This document shows, in pieces, positions 1 through 8,049 of a stretch of 32,000 nt of DNA (position 1 is its first letter; every line of letters starts with the position of its first letter). Source of the stretch: an uncultured Ignavibacteriota bacterium (GTDB taxonomy: Bacteria; Bacteroidota; Ignavibacteria; UBA10030; UBA8401); NCBI GenBank assembly GCA_903861125.1, contig CAIOTF010000013.1, positions 92,407 through 124,406 of the forward strand, given 5' to 3'. The translations under genes and the position numbers were made by a program. The notes below the pieces were generated by a model. It did no database searches, was not told the DNA's origin, and worked only from the letters and a program-made list of their open reading frames with translations.

Positions 1-3000
1 ATAGTGCCGGAAATAATGTAACGGTAACAGGTCTGAAAGTCGGAACAACATATTATTTTGCGGTATATGAATTTAACGGCCCCGCTGATGGCGTCGAAAA
101 TTACCTCACGACATCCCCGCTGACCGGCGGAAGTTCAACGCTGACTGCCACCCCTGTTACGCCAGCCAGTAATATTGTGTTCAGTAATGTGACATCAAGT
201 TCAATGACGATCGGGTGGAGTAATGGGGATGGAACAAAAAGAGTAGTGCTGGTCAAAAGCGGAAATTCTGTCGACGGAGAACCGATTGACGGAATCACCT
301 ATACTGCTTCAACAACATTTGGGAGCGGCACAGAGATCGGCACTGGAAATTACACAATCTATAATAGTAGCAGTAATTCGGTAACAGTAAACGGATTGCT
401 GCCGAATACAGTCTATTCAGTGGCGGTGTATGAGTATAAAGGGACAAGCGGCAACGAGAATTATCTTTTAGATAATCCGGGAACGGGAAGCAAAACCACC
501 CTTGCATCACTGCCTGGCACTCAATCTTCTGCGTTGGTATTCACAACGGTCGGTCCGAAAACTCTTACAATGAACTGGACTAAAGGTACTGGTGCAAGCC
601 GTCTTGTAGTGATGAAAGCCGGAAATGCGGTGGATACGGATCCTGTTGATGCGACCAGTTACAGCGCTAATACTCTCTTCGGCAGTGGTACACAGATTGG
701 CAGCGGGAATTATGTTGTGTATAACGGAACAGGAAATTCTGTTTCGGTCAGCAATCTGCTGATCAACACTACATATCATGTTGCAGTGTATGAATACAAC
801 GGAAGCGGCGAAGCGATTAATTATCTTACACCGTCGACGGTTGCAGAGAATACTACGACCGCTACGCCTACGGTCACACTCTCGAAGACATCGCTGACGA
901 ACTTTGGCAGTGTTATTGTCGGGACGAATTCATCCGAGCAAAGTTATACTGTGAGCGGCGCGAACCTGCTGGGCAATATTACCGTAACGCCGCCGACGGG
1001 ATTTCAAATATCGACCACGTCGGGATCGGGTTTTGATTCAGCAGCAATAACGCTGATTCCTGCTGCCGGAACTGTTCCGGCGACAACAATCTATGCGCGG
1101 TTCTCTCCCAGTGTTAGCGGTTCAACGAGCAAGACCATCACGCATAGCAGTGATTCATCTGTTACAAAAACAGTCAGTGTCATCGGAACCGGTGAAGGCG
1201 CATCCATTTATATCACCGGTTCGTACATGGACTTCGGGAAAATTGTTGTAAACGAAGTCTCCGCTGAACAGTCATATAAAGTTTCCGCGTCCAATGTCAT
1301 CGGCAATGTTGTGATCACCCCTCCCTCCGGATTTCAGATCTCCCGGAAACAAGGGGGGATTTTTGTTCCGACAAATCCCATAACATTAACCCCGTCCGGT
1401 AATGCGGTGGCACAGACGGATATCTATGTCCGCTTTGCTCCCGGCTCTGCAGGTAATTTCCTGGACAGCATTGTTCACTCATCTACTGGAACATCAAATG
1501 TCTCTCTGTCGGTGACCGGAACGGGCATTATCAAACCGACCTCAGGCGATAGTGCTCTGCAATTTTCATCGGTCGGTCCGAAGACAATTACATTGTCATG
1601 GAAGAAAGGGAACGGGATCAACCGTATCGTGGTGGTGAAAGAGAAAGTAACGGTAGATGCTCTTCCGGAAGATAATACTACATATACGGCCAATCCCATC
1701 TTTGGGCAAAGTTCGGAGATCGGATTGAAGAACTACGTGGTGTATAACGGTACCGGCACATACGTTACGGTAAGCGGATTGCAGCCGAATACAATGTATT
1801 ATTTTTCAATTTACCCATATAACGGCACCCCCGGTTCGGAAAAGTATCTCACGGACAATGTGGGTGACAGCAGTCAGTCCACGTCCGAACCAACAATCGT
1901 TATTACCGGTGCGTTAGCATCCTTCGGGAATGTGCATGCAGGCGAGATTTCTGCAGTGCAGAACTATTCCGTATCAGGCACAAACCTGGTGAATGGCATC
2001 TCAATCGTTCCGCCGGAAGGATTTCAAGTTTCCCTGGCATCATCCGGTCCGTTTATCGGATCGAATTCATCTCTAGCCTTGTCGCCGAATAATCAGGTGA
2101 TAGACCCTACGACGATTTATGTCCGGTGTACTCCGTTGACGGGCGGCGAGAAGAGAGATTCAATTTCTCACGTCAGTACCGGTTCGACCACACGCTATGC
2201 GCCTGTATCGGCATATTCTATTGTCGAACCGACGATACCATCATCGGCGATCATCTTCTCATCCGTTAAACCAACGTCGATGACCATCACGTGGAAAAAA
2301 GGGAATGGAACGAAACATCTGGTATTTCTTGGAACGGATTCTATATCCAATCCACTGCCGGAGGACCGCATGCATTATCCTTCATCGTTCCAATACGGAG
2401 AAGGTGCATCGCTTACGTCGAATATTTTTGCTGTCCAAAGTGATTCTTCAAACACGGTTACCGTTACGCATCTTACGCCAAATAAAAAATATTATTGTGC
2501 CGTCTTTGAATATAACGGCGACAGCACTTCCGCAGATTATCTGACCTCGTCGTATGCCTCTGCAAGCCAGAGAACGCAGCTTCCGGTTATTCTTGTGGAA
2601 GGTACTCTAGGCCTCTTTGACAAGATCGAACGGAATACGACATCGGGCGAAAAAAATTATACGGTTTCCGGTTCGGCACTGATGAACAATATTATCATAA
2701 CGCCGCCGGATGGTTTCCAGATATCTTTGACCAGCGGATTGGATTTCCGGTCATTGAATCCGATTACGCTTATCAATACTGACGGAATTGTCTCTGCGAC
2801 GGCGATCTATGTTCGTTTTGCACCGACGGTTGTCCGGGTGTATTCGGACAGTATCATGCATTCCAGTGCCGGCGCTACAACTATCTTCAGTCAGGTGCAC
2901 GGATCGTGCATAGCGTCTGAGCCGACGAAACAAGCCTCATCGATCGTGGTTTCTTCAATTGGTTCCGCTACTGCGGCAGTTGTCTGCACAGAAGGAAACG

Positions 3001-4496
3001 GCTTCAACAGGCTTATTATTGTCAGCACCGATACCCTGTCCGATCATCCGCCGGTTGATGGCACAAACTACACGGCGAACCCGGTATTCATGGCCGGTTC
3101 AATTCTCGGTCCGAACAGTTCTGTTGTGTACGGTGCGAACGGCACTTCGTGTGTTCTTACGGGATTGTTGCCGGATACCAAACATATTGTGACAGTGTAC
3201 GAATATAACGGGGAAGCAGGAACCGAAAACTATTTGACAGTAACGAAAACGCAGAAAGAATTCATAACGATGGTTGAAGCGCCGGTGTCACTTTCACCTG
3301 TGGACAAGGCAATCGATCAATCGTCAACACCGACTTTCGTCTGGAAGAAGTCACGCAATGCGGAAAAATATCTTCTTCAGGTGGCTTTGAACAAGGAATA
3401 TACCGGCACAGTTATTTCTGATACGGTCATCACCGATACAACATTCCACATGCCGATCACGCAGGCACTGAAATACGATACGCTGTATTATTGGAGAGTG
3501 GCGGGAATCAATTCCCGTGGCAGAGGTGATTTTTCTTCGGCATGTTCGTTTAGCACAGCTTCGCCGCCAAAGCTTCTTGTTGGTACAAGCCGTTTAAATT
3601 TTGGTCCGAAACAGATACATAACAAATATCAGATAAGTGTTGTAGTGCGGAACAATTCAATTACACCGCTAACGTTGGACTCTGTTCATTGTGCAACTGC
3701 TGGTTTTTCGGCGAGTATCTCTGTTCCGATGCTCACCCGCGTTGATTCATCGCTTGTGACGATTTCGTTCAGTCCGGATACTATCGGCATGTATGTAGAC
3801 ACGGTCATCGTCTATAACAATTCCGTTGACCGGTTGCTGCGTATTCCTGTTGCAGGAACTGCCCCGGCGGCATTGTTCACATCAAACAATGAATTTGATT
3901 TCAAAGAGGCTCAAGTCCGGCAGTTAAGCGAAAAAGTATTTTATATAACAAATTCATCCCCCAATGTGCTGAGGATCGATTCGATGATGAATCGGCTGCA
4001 TCAATTCGTGGTTGCGGTGGATTCTTTTCCCATTGTCATTGCCCGGGGTGATACATTCCACCTGAAGCTTCGGTGCACACCGGATTCGCTGAAAGAATTG
4101 GTTGATACACTGTATGCCTATACGAACGGAAATCCGGGAATATCCAAAGTGGTTATGAAAGCGCATGCTACGAATGTTTCGAAGGAAGATGAGAAGACTC
4201 CTGAAGTATTCACGCTGCAGCAGAATTTTCCGAATCCGTTCAATCCTAGCACAACCATAAAATTTGGTCTCACGCAGGATGCTGTTGTCTCACTGAAGAT
4301 GTATGATATTCTCGGCAGACAGGTGGGCATGCTGTTGAACAACGATCTGTTGACTCCCGGCTCGTACCGTTATGTGTGGGATGCCGGCCATTTGCCAAGC
4401 GGCGTTTATTTTTATCAGATTATTGCGGCAACGGTATCCGGAAATGTAAAAACCAACATCTTTAATGAAGTGCGAAAATTGCTTCTTGTTAAATAG
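1..4496 (+). CDS. Giant modular secreted/cell-surface protein, 5'-truncated by the window edge. It is an array of FN3-like and Ig-like modules ending in a T9SS (Por_Secre_tail) sorting domain.
   Basis: Frame 3 is open from nt 3. SAGNNVTVTGLKVGTTYYFAVYEFNG..ENYL precedes the GTG listed at 177 and repeats the module motif, so the true start lies upstream of the window. The protein contains repeated ~105-aa modules plus two PapD/ASPM-like beta-sandwich modules (LNFGPKQIHNKYQISVVVRNNS.., FDFKEAQVRQLSEKVFYITNSS..). The C-terminus is FPNPFNPSTTIKF...SGVYFYQI...LLLVK. Confidence 0.85.
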   Translation, partial: SAGNNVTVTGLKVGTTYYFAVYEFNGPADGVENYLTTSPLTGGSSTLTATPVTPASNIVFSNVTSSSMTIGWSNGDGTKRVVLVKSGNSVDGEPIDGITYTASTTFGSGTEIGTGNYTIYNSSSNSVTVNGLLPNTVYSVAVYEYKGTSGNENYLLDNPGTGSKTTLASLPGTQSSALVFTTVGPKTLTMNWTKGTGASRLVVMKAGNAVDTDPVDATSYSANTLFGSGTQIGSGNYVVYNGTGNSVSVSNLLINTTYHVAVYEYNGSGEAINYLTPSTVAENTTTATPTVTLSKTSLTNFGSVIVGTNSSEQSYTVSGANLLGNITVTPPTGFQISTTSGSGFDSAAITLIPAAGTVPATTIYARFSPSVSGSTSKTITHSSDSSVTKTVSVIGTGEGASIYITGSYMDFGKIVVNEVSAEQSYKVSASNVIGNVVITPPSGFQISRKQGGIFVPTNPITLTPSGNAVAQTDIYVRFAPGSAGNFLDSIVHSSTGTSNVSLSVTGTGIIKPTSGDSALQFSSVGPKTITLSWKKGNGINRIVVVKEKVTVDALPEDNTTYTANPIFGQSSEIGLKNYVVYNGTGTYVTVSGLQPNTMYYFSIYPYNGTPGSEKYLTDNVGDSSQSTSEPTIVITGALASFGNVHAGEISAVQNYSVSGTNLVNGISIVPPEGFQVSLASSGPFIGSNSSLALSPNNQVIDPTTIYVRCTPLTGGEKRDSISHVSTGSTTRYAPVSAYSIVEPTIPSSAIIFSSVKPTSMTITWKKGNGTKHLVFLGTDSISNPLPEDRMHYPSSFQYGEGASLTSNIFAVQSDSSNTVTVTHLTPNKKYYCAVFEYNGDSTSADYLTSSYASASQRTQLPVILVEGTLGLFDKIERNTTSGEKNYTVSGSALMNNIIITPPDGFQISLTSGLDFRSLNPITLINTDGIVSATAIYVRFAPTVVRVYSDSIMHSSAGATTIFSQVHGSCIASEPTKQASSIVVSSIGSATAAVVCTEGNGFNRLIIVSTDTLSDHPPVDGTNYTANPVFMAGSILGPNSSVVYGANGTSCVLTGLLPDTKHIVTVYEYNGEAGTENYLTVTKTQKEFITMVEAPVSLSPVDKAIDQSSTPTFVWKKSRNAEKYLLQVALNKEYTGTVISDTVITDTTFHMPITQALKYDTLYYWRVAGINSRGRGDFSSACSFSTASPPKLLVGTSRLNFGPKQIHNKYQISVVVRNNSITPLTLDSVHCATAGFSASISVPMLTRVDSSLVTISFSPDTIGMYVDTVIVYNNSVDRLLRIPVAGTAPAALFTSNNEFDFKEAQVRQLSEKVFYITNSSPNVLRIDSMMNRLHQFVVAVDSFPIVIARGDTFHLKLRCTPDSLKELVDTLYAYTNGNPGISKVVMKAHATNVSKEDEKTPEVFTLQQNFPNPFNPSTTIKFGLTQDAVVSLKMYDILGRQVGMLLNNDLLTPGSYRYVWDAGHLPSGVYFYQIIAATVSGNVKTNIFNEVRKLLLVK
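160..3239 (+). repeat. Intragenic protein-level module array in the order A-A-B-B-A-B-A-B-A. The copies are diverged and are not identical DNA repeats.
   Basis: A modules are FN3-like, with the signature W.KG.G..R.V..K........P.DG..Y.A...FG.G..IG..NY.VYNG.GNSV.V.GL.PNT.Y..AVYEYNG....NYL. They lie at approx nt 160-476, 522-827, 1539-1850, 2232-2546 and 2922-3239, and one more is partly visible at nt 3-150. B modules are Ig-like, with the signature FG.V.VG..S..Q.Y.VSG.NL.GNI.ITPP.GFQIS......IYVRF.P. They lie at approx nt 867-1190, 1203-1526, 1890-2216 and 2580-2909. A distinct module (TPTFVWKK...YLLQVA...YYWRVAG) lies at ~3273-3557. Confidence 0.7.
4206..4493 (+). other. T9SS C-terminal sorting domain (CTD) of the giant protein
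   Basis: FTLQQNFPNPFNPSTTIKFGLTQDAVVSLKMYDILGRQVGMLLNNDLLTPGSYRYVWDAGHLPSGVYFYQIIAAT...KLLLVK matches the remembered Por_Secre_tail (TIGR04183) pattern QNYPNPFNP.T.I.Y.L.....V.L.IYD..GR.V..L......G.....WD......SGVYFY.L. Confidence 0.85.
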
Positions 4497-4527
4497 CGCA
4501 TGCTGAGTCAATAAAAAAATAGATTCA

Positions 4528-5679
4528 ATGTATACAATTACTCTTGCGGGAAAACACTGTATGATAAAACCAACGAACCATTATTTCCGAATTCTGCCGA
4601 TCGTTTGGCTGCTGATGTTCTGTATTGCGTATCCTCTGTCAAAAAAGGAGAAGGCTGCAGCTGCACCGGTAGAACCAAAAAAACCAATGTATGAGCAAAC
4701 GTTCGCCATGTCGCTATTTCCGATGCTGCCGGTCGCCGTGGATTCCATTCTGCCGATAATCAGCTCCTCGTCAGTCGAGGTGAGTCCGGGTATTGCGAAC
4801 CTGTTGTTCTATAAGACAAATGTCGAAGTGATCCATCAGGTTGCTTTGAATCAATCAGAGAAAAAGTTCCTTGCCACGTACTTTGAAAACAGGGTTAGTA
4901 TGGCGTTATCCCGCGATCGCCGTTTTGGGATACTGAACGGACATGATTTACGCGTTCTGAAGATCAATGCAACGGACAGTACGTTCAAGATCCGAAACAC
5001 GCAGATGGAATCCGATATTCAACAATATGCAGCCGATCACCGTATCGACGGGATATTAACGGTAGATGTCCTCATCTCTGATACAAGGGTATTTTGTTAT
5101 TTAACGATCACCGATTTAAATTTTTTGAAGATCTGGACAAAGGAATTTTCGGCAAACTATGTCGACGTCCAGCCTGATTTAGAAGCAGAATTGCAAAAGA
5201 TGATGTCGTTGAAGAAAATTACGGGTTATACCGTTGAAAACATTACACTTGCGCTGCAAAGTTCCGGAGCGTATAACGGCACGAATAAACATCCGGATGG
5301 ATCAATGAACTTTCTTACGCTCGGGTACCGCTTCAACGTCTATTCAACCATTATCAATCGAATGAATTTTTTCATCGATTCGAGGGTTTTTTATGGTCTT
5401 AGGCTTGCGAACTTCAGTTATGCGTTCCAACCCGGCCTCTCGTTCGAATTATTGAAGAATGAAGAGGTGGGACCCCGGCTGCTCACTCTGGACCTGTCAT
5501 ACGGATATCACATTATTCCAAAGGAATTTTTATCGTCCTATATGGTAGGTCTTAGTCTCAATATGAGCCGTGACATCGGACTGACAGGGTACTATGGAAA
5601 GTTCAAGAACCAAAGCACAAAAGCAGCGTACCATGTGGCGGGAAACGCCTTTGGCATACAGATGAATTTTGTGTTGTAA
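4528..5679 (+). CDS. Hypothetical envelope protein with an N-terminal signal/anchor, a periplasmic domain and a predicted C-terminal outer-membrane beta-barrel
   Basis: This 383-aa ORF starts 31 nt after the adhesin stop. It has a hydrophobic N-terminus (ILPIVWLLMFCIAYPL), and ATG 4561 is an alternative start. The C-terminal ~150 aa show amphipathic beta-strand periodicity (FLTLGYRFNVY, FFIDSRVFYGL, YAFQPGLSFEL, LLTLDLSYGYHI, YMVGLSLNM, IGLTGYYGKF, AFGIQMNFVL). I recognise no named family. Confidence 0.6.
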   Translation: MYTITLAGKHCMIKPTNHYFRILPIVWLLMFCIAYPLSKKEKAAAAPVEPKKPMYEQTFAMSLFPMLPVAVDSILPIISSSSVEVSPGIANLLFYKTNVEVIHQVALNQSEKKFLATYFENRVSMALSRDRRFGILNGHDLRVLKINATDSTFKIRNTQMESDIQQYAADHRIDGILTVDVLISDTRVFCYLTITDLNFLKIWTKEFSANYVDVQPDLEAELQKMMSLKKITGYTVENITLALQSSGAYNGTNKHPDGSMNFLTLGYRFNVYSTIINRMNFFIDSRVFYGLRLANFSYAFQPGLSFELLKNEEVGPRLLTLDLSYGYHIIPKEFLSSYMVGLSLNMSRDIGLTGYYGKFKNQSTKAAYHVAGNAFGIQMNFVL

Positions 5680-5731
5680 ACGGAAACGTTATTGATACTA
5701 TAACCGAACATTTAATACGATTGCATCACTT

Positions 5732-6484
5732 ATGAAAAACATATTACAGACAATATTTCTTGTGCTACTATTTATGTCGATCGCTGCTTGTCAGGTTGAG
5801 ATCGAGGCAGAGCCGACACCCGGCAGCGAGGATAGCAATATTCCAAATCCTGCCATCGTCACAGACGGCAGCGTCGATGGCACAACTTCAAATCCTGTCA
5901 CTGTTGTTGATTCTGTGTCACAAAATAAGACTGAGGCAACGATAGCACAGGCCGCGGAAATAGACGTTTCACTTGCGACAATAAAAATAAGTTCGCCTCT
6001 CATTAACGTTCAATTGCTGATGAATCTGCTGAATGAAAAGACGGAGTTCGTGATCGAATATTCGGGAGCAGCCCCCCGGAAGATCACAAAACCAACCGAT
6101 CTTCCGGATAAAAAAGTTCCGACGGAAAAAGAAATATCGACACTTGTCAACGATGCAGTGGCAAAGAACGATTCGGCAAAAAAAGCGAAACAGGATTCCC
6201 TTGGCCGTAATTCCTATTCAAAAGAGGATGCTGATTATAACAAAGCAATGGCAAAATTGAACAGCGCTCAACGCCTGTTCTCGCGAAAGAGGTATGCCGA
6301 TGCACTCCGCGAGATCGATGGGGCAATAACGGCCGCGCCGAATATTGCACTTTCCCATTCAGTGAAAGGTTCAATTCATTATATGCTTAAGCAGAACCTT
6401 GAGGCAAAATCCAGCTGGGAGAGAGCCTTGGAATTGGATCCAGCACAGGACAATGTAAGGGCAATTTTATTACGAATGTATTAA
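5732..6484 (+). CDS. TPR-repeat lipoprotein
   Basis: It has a signal peptide with a lipobox (LFMSIAA-C). A low-complexity Thr/Ser/Pro/Lys-rich linker follows. The C-terminus has TPR-like helices (YNKAMAKLNSAQRLFSRKRYADALREIDGAI...KGSIHYMLKQNLEAKSSWERALELDPAQDNV). Confidence 0.7.
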   Translation: MKNILQTIFLVLLFMSIAACQVEIEAEPTPGSEDSNIPNPAIVTDGSVDGTTSNPVTVVDSVSQNKTEATIAQAAEIDVSLATIKISSPLINVQLLMNLLNEKTEFVIEYSGAAPRKITKPTDLPDKKVPTEKEISTLVNDAVAKNDSAKKAKQDSLGRNSYSKEDADYNKAMAKLNSAQRLFSRKRYADALREIDGAITAAPNIALSHSVKGSIHYMLKQNLEAKSSWERALELDPAQDNVRAILLRMY

Positions 6485-6497
6485 AAGGAATGATTCT

Positions 6498-7343
6498 ATG
6501 AATTCATCGTTTGCGGGTTATCTTCTCTTCATCGTTGCGGCGTATTTTCTTATTGTCGTCGGCGATCCCAACAATGCAGTGGCGATCCATCACTTTCAAA
6601 ACCTTTATTTCCCGACGGTGTTACTCCGTTATATCCATTACCCAGGCTTTATCTTTGTCACCGTGGGTGTGTATGCATCGGTATTGATCAGTTTTACGTT
6701 TCGCGAGATCAAAAGTGCTCTCCGGGCTCAAATACTGGCATTTTTCCCGACGAAACTTCAGTTCGAAAATTATATCCATACCATTAAGGAAATTGCTGAT
6801 TATTCTTCGAAGAACGATGTTGAAACTCTTGAAGAGTATGTTCAGAATATCAAATATCCTTTCCTACGGGACGGTCTTTTAATGATTGTCAACGGCTATA
6901 AAAAAGAAGAGATCGTTGAGATCCTTGAATCCCGGATTGCAAGCGAGCATGAACGGGATGAGATCGATGATGATGTCTGGCGAGCCTGCGCCCGGTACTC
7001 GCCGGGGTACGGTATGTTGGGAACCACCGTTGGTTTGATCCAAATGTTTTCTGCAAGCATTGATCCGGCAAAAGGATTCGGACCGATAATTGCAGCAATG
7101 GCGGTTGCATTTACCACCACATTATACGGTCTTGTGTATTCAAACTTTATCTATCAGCCCATCGCAGACAAAATAGAACGGCGCAATACCGATGAAATGC
7201 TATTGAAGTCCATGATCGCGGAAGGGATCATCATGTTGGCGGATAAAAGACGTCCTTCCTTTATTGAAGAAAAACTATCGACGTATCTGTACCGAAACAG
7301 GTCTCTGCGCAACTCAAAAATTCCGGAACTCAAAAAAGCATAA
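6498..7343 (+). CDS. motA: MotA-type proton-channel stator subunit (MotA/TolQ/ExbB family, 4-TM MotA topology)
   Basis: The 281-aa product has TM1 at aa ~8-23 and TM2 at ~50-68, followed by a ~100-aa charged cytoplasmic loop. Then come YSPGYGMLGTTVGLIQMF and IIAAMAVAFTTTLYGLVYSNFIYQPIADKI, the channel signature including both conserved prolines (P169, P221). The gene starts 13 nt after the upstream gene. Confidence 0.85.
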   Translation: MNSSFAGYLLFIVAAYFLIVVGDPNNAVAIHHFQNLYFPTVLLRYIHYPGFIFVTVGVYASVLISFTFREIKSALRAQILAFFPTKLQFENYIHTIKEIADYSSKNDVETLEEYVQNIKYPFLRDGLLMIVNGYKKEEIVEILESRIASEHERDEIDDDVWRACARYSPGYGMLGTTVGLIQMFSASIDPAKGFGPIIAAMAVAFTTTLYGLVYSNFIYQPIADKIERRNTDEMLLKSMIAEGIIMLADKRRPSFIEEKLSTYLYRNRSLRNSKIPELKKA

Positions 7344-7350
7344 TAATCTT

Positions 7351-8028
7351 ATGTTCAATAAAAAGAATCCGCATAAAAGAGGTGAAGAGGAGCATTGGCA
7401 GGTCAGCTATATCGATCTGCTTACGGCAATGCTTGCAGCCTTCACGTTATTGCTGGCAATGTCGAAGCCAGATCAGGCAAAGTTCGATTCCTTCGCCAGC
7501 GCATCGTCTGCGAAAAGCGTCCAACAGAATTTATCAACCGTTGCGAAGGAACTGATGGAGACCATCAGTAAGGATTCGACACTGAAGAACCAGGTGAAAG
7601 TAGTGTTGACGGATGACGGCGTAGAAGTCCGGTTCGCATCGGCGTTATTGTTCGCTTTGGGAAAGGCAAAAATGCAGCCCGATGGTTATGACGCCGTGAA
7701 ACATTTGTCTCCGGTTTTGCTGAAATTTGTTGAAGCACGAAAAGCCTATATCTCCGTTGAAGGACACACGGATGACCAGCCGATTATCGGCGGAAAAGAA
7801 TTCCGGTCGAATTGGGAACTCTCCTCATCCCGTGCTCTGGATGTGGTTCATTTTTTACAGGACTCGATGGGTTTTGTTCCACATCGGTTGTCGGGAATAG
7901 GATACGCCGATTCTCGGCCCCAAGATACAGGCCGTGATACACTTACGGGAAAATTTACGGATTACGCACGCACTCAAAACCGTCGGGTCGTGCTTCGAAT
8001 ATATTATTTTAACGGTTCAACACAATAA
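7351..8028 (+). CDS. motB: MotB-type stator subunit with a C-terminal OmpA-like peptidoglycan-binding domain
   Basis: ATG 7351 lies 7 nt after the motA stop, whereas the listed start at 7264 would overlap motA by 80 nt. HWQVSYIDLLTAMLAAFTLLLAM is the MotB TM helix and carries the invariant Asp (gat 7414-7416). The OmpA-like domain reads VEGHTDDQPI...SNWELSSSRALDVVHFL...GYADSRP...NRRVVLRI. Confidence 0.85.
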   Translation: MFNKKNPHKRGEEEHWQVSYIDLLTAMLAAFTLLLAMSKPDQAKFDSFASASSAKSVQQNLSTVAKELMETISKDSTLKNQVKVVLTDDGVEVRFASALLFALGKAKMQPDGYDAVKHLSPVLLKFVEARKAYISVEGHTDDQPIIGGKEFRSNWELSSSRALDVVHFLQDSMGFVPHRLSGIGYADSRPQDTGRDTLTGKFTDYARTQNRRVVLRIYYFNGSTQ

Positions 8029-8049
8029 CAATATCAGCGGTTAACTATT

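Noticed and set aside
3522-3530. An RGD tripeptide (INSRGRGDF) in the surface protein as an integrin-type adhesion motif
   Set aside because: A tripeptide is expected by chance in a protein of more than 1400 aa, and no supporting context exists.
101-4511. About a dozen 60-112-aa ORFs, antisense or in alternative frames, inside the giant surface-protein gene (for example 101-298, 295-510, 507-779, 1475-1699, 2305-2544, 2751-2933, 2959-3192, 3954-4166, 4118-4342, 4290-4511)
   Set aside because: All lie within a long ORF that has strong domain signatures. Their products are low-complexity or Arg/Cys-rich, as is typical of shadow frames, and none has an SD or a promoter. The same reasoning applies to the short embedded ORFs inside every other large CDS in the window.
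7264-7350. An N-terminal extension of MotB from the listed start at 7264
   Set aside because: It would overlap motA by 80 nt and add a non-homologous basic peptide. ATG 7351 gives the canonical short MotB N-terminus before the TM helix.
6498-8028. The MotAB-like pair as a Zorya (ZorAB) anti-phage system or as TolQR/ExbBD
   Set aside because: ZorA is much longer, with a long C-terminal tail, and is accompanied by ZorC/D or ZorE, which are absent here. TolQ/ExbB have 3 TM helices and partner with TolR/ExbD, which lack an OmpA domain, plus TolA/TonB, which are also absent. The 4-TM MotA topology, the OmpA-type MotB and the adjacent FliG-like gene fit a Mot-type stator.
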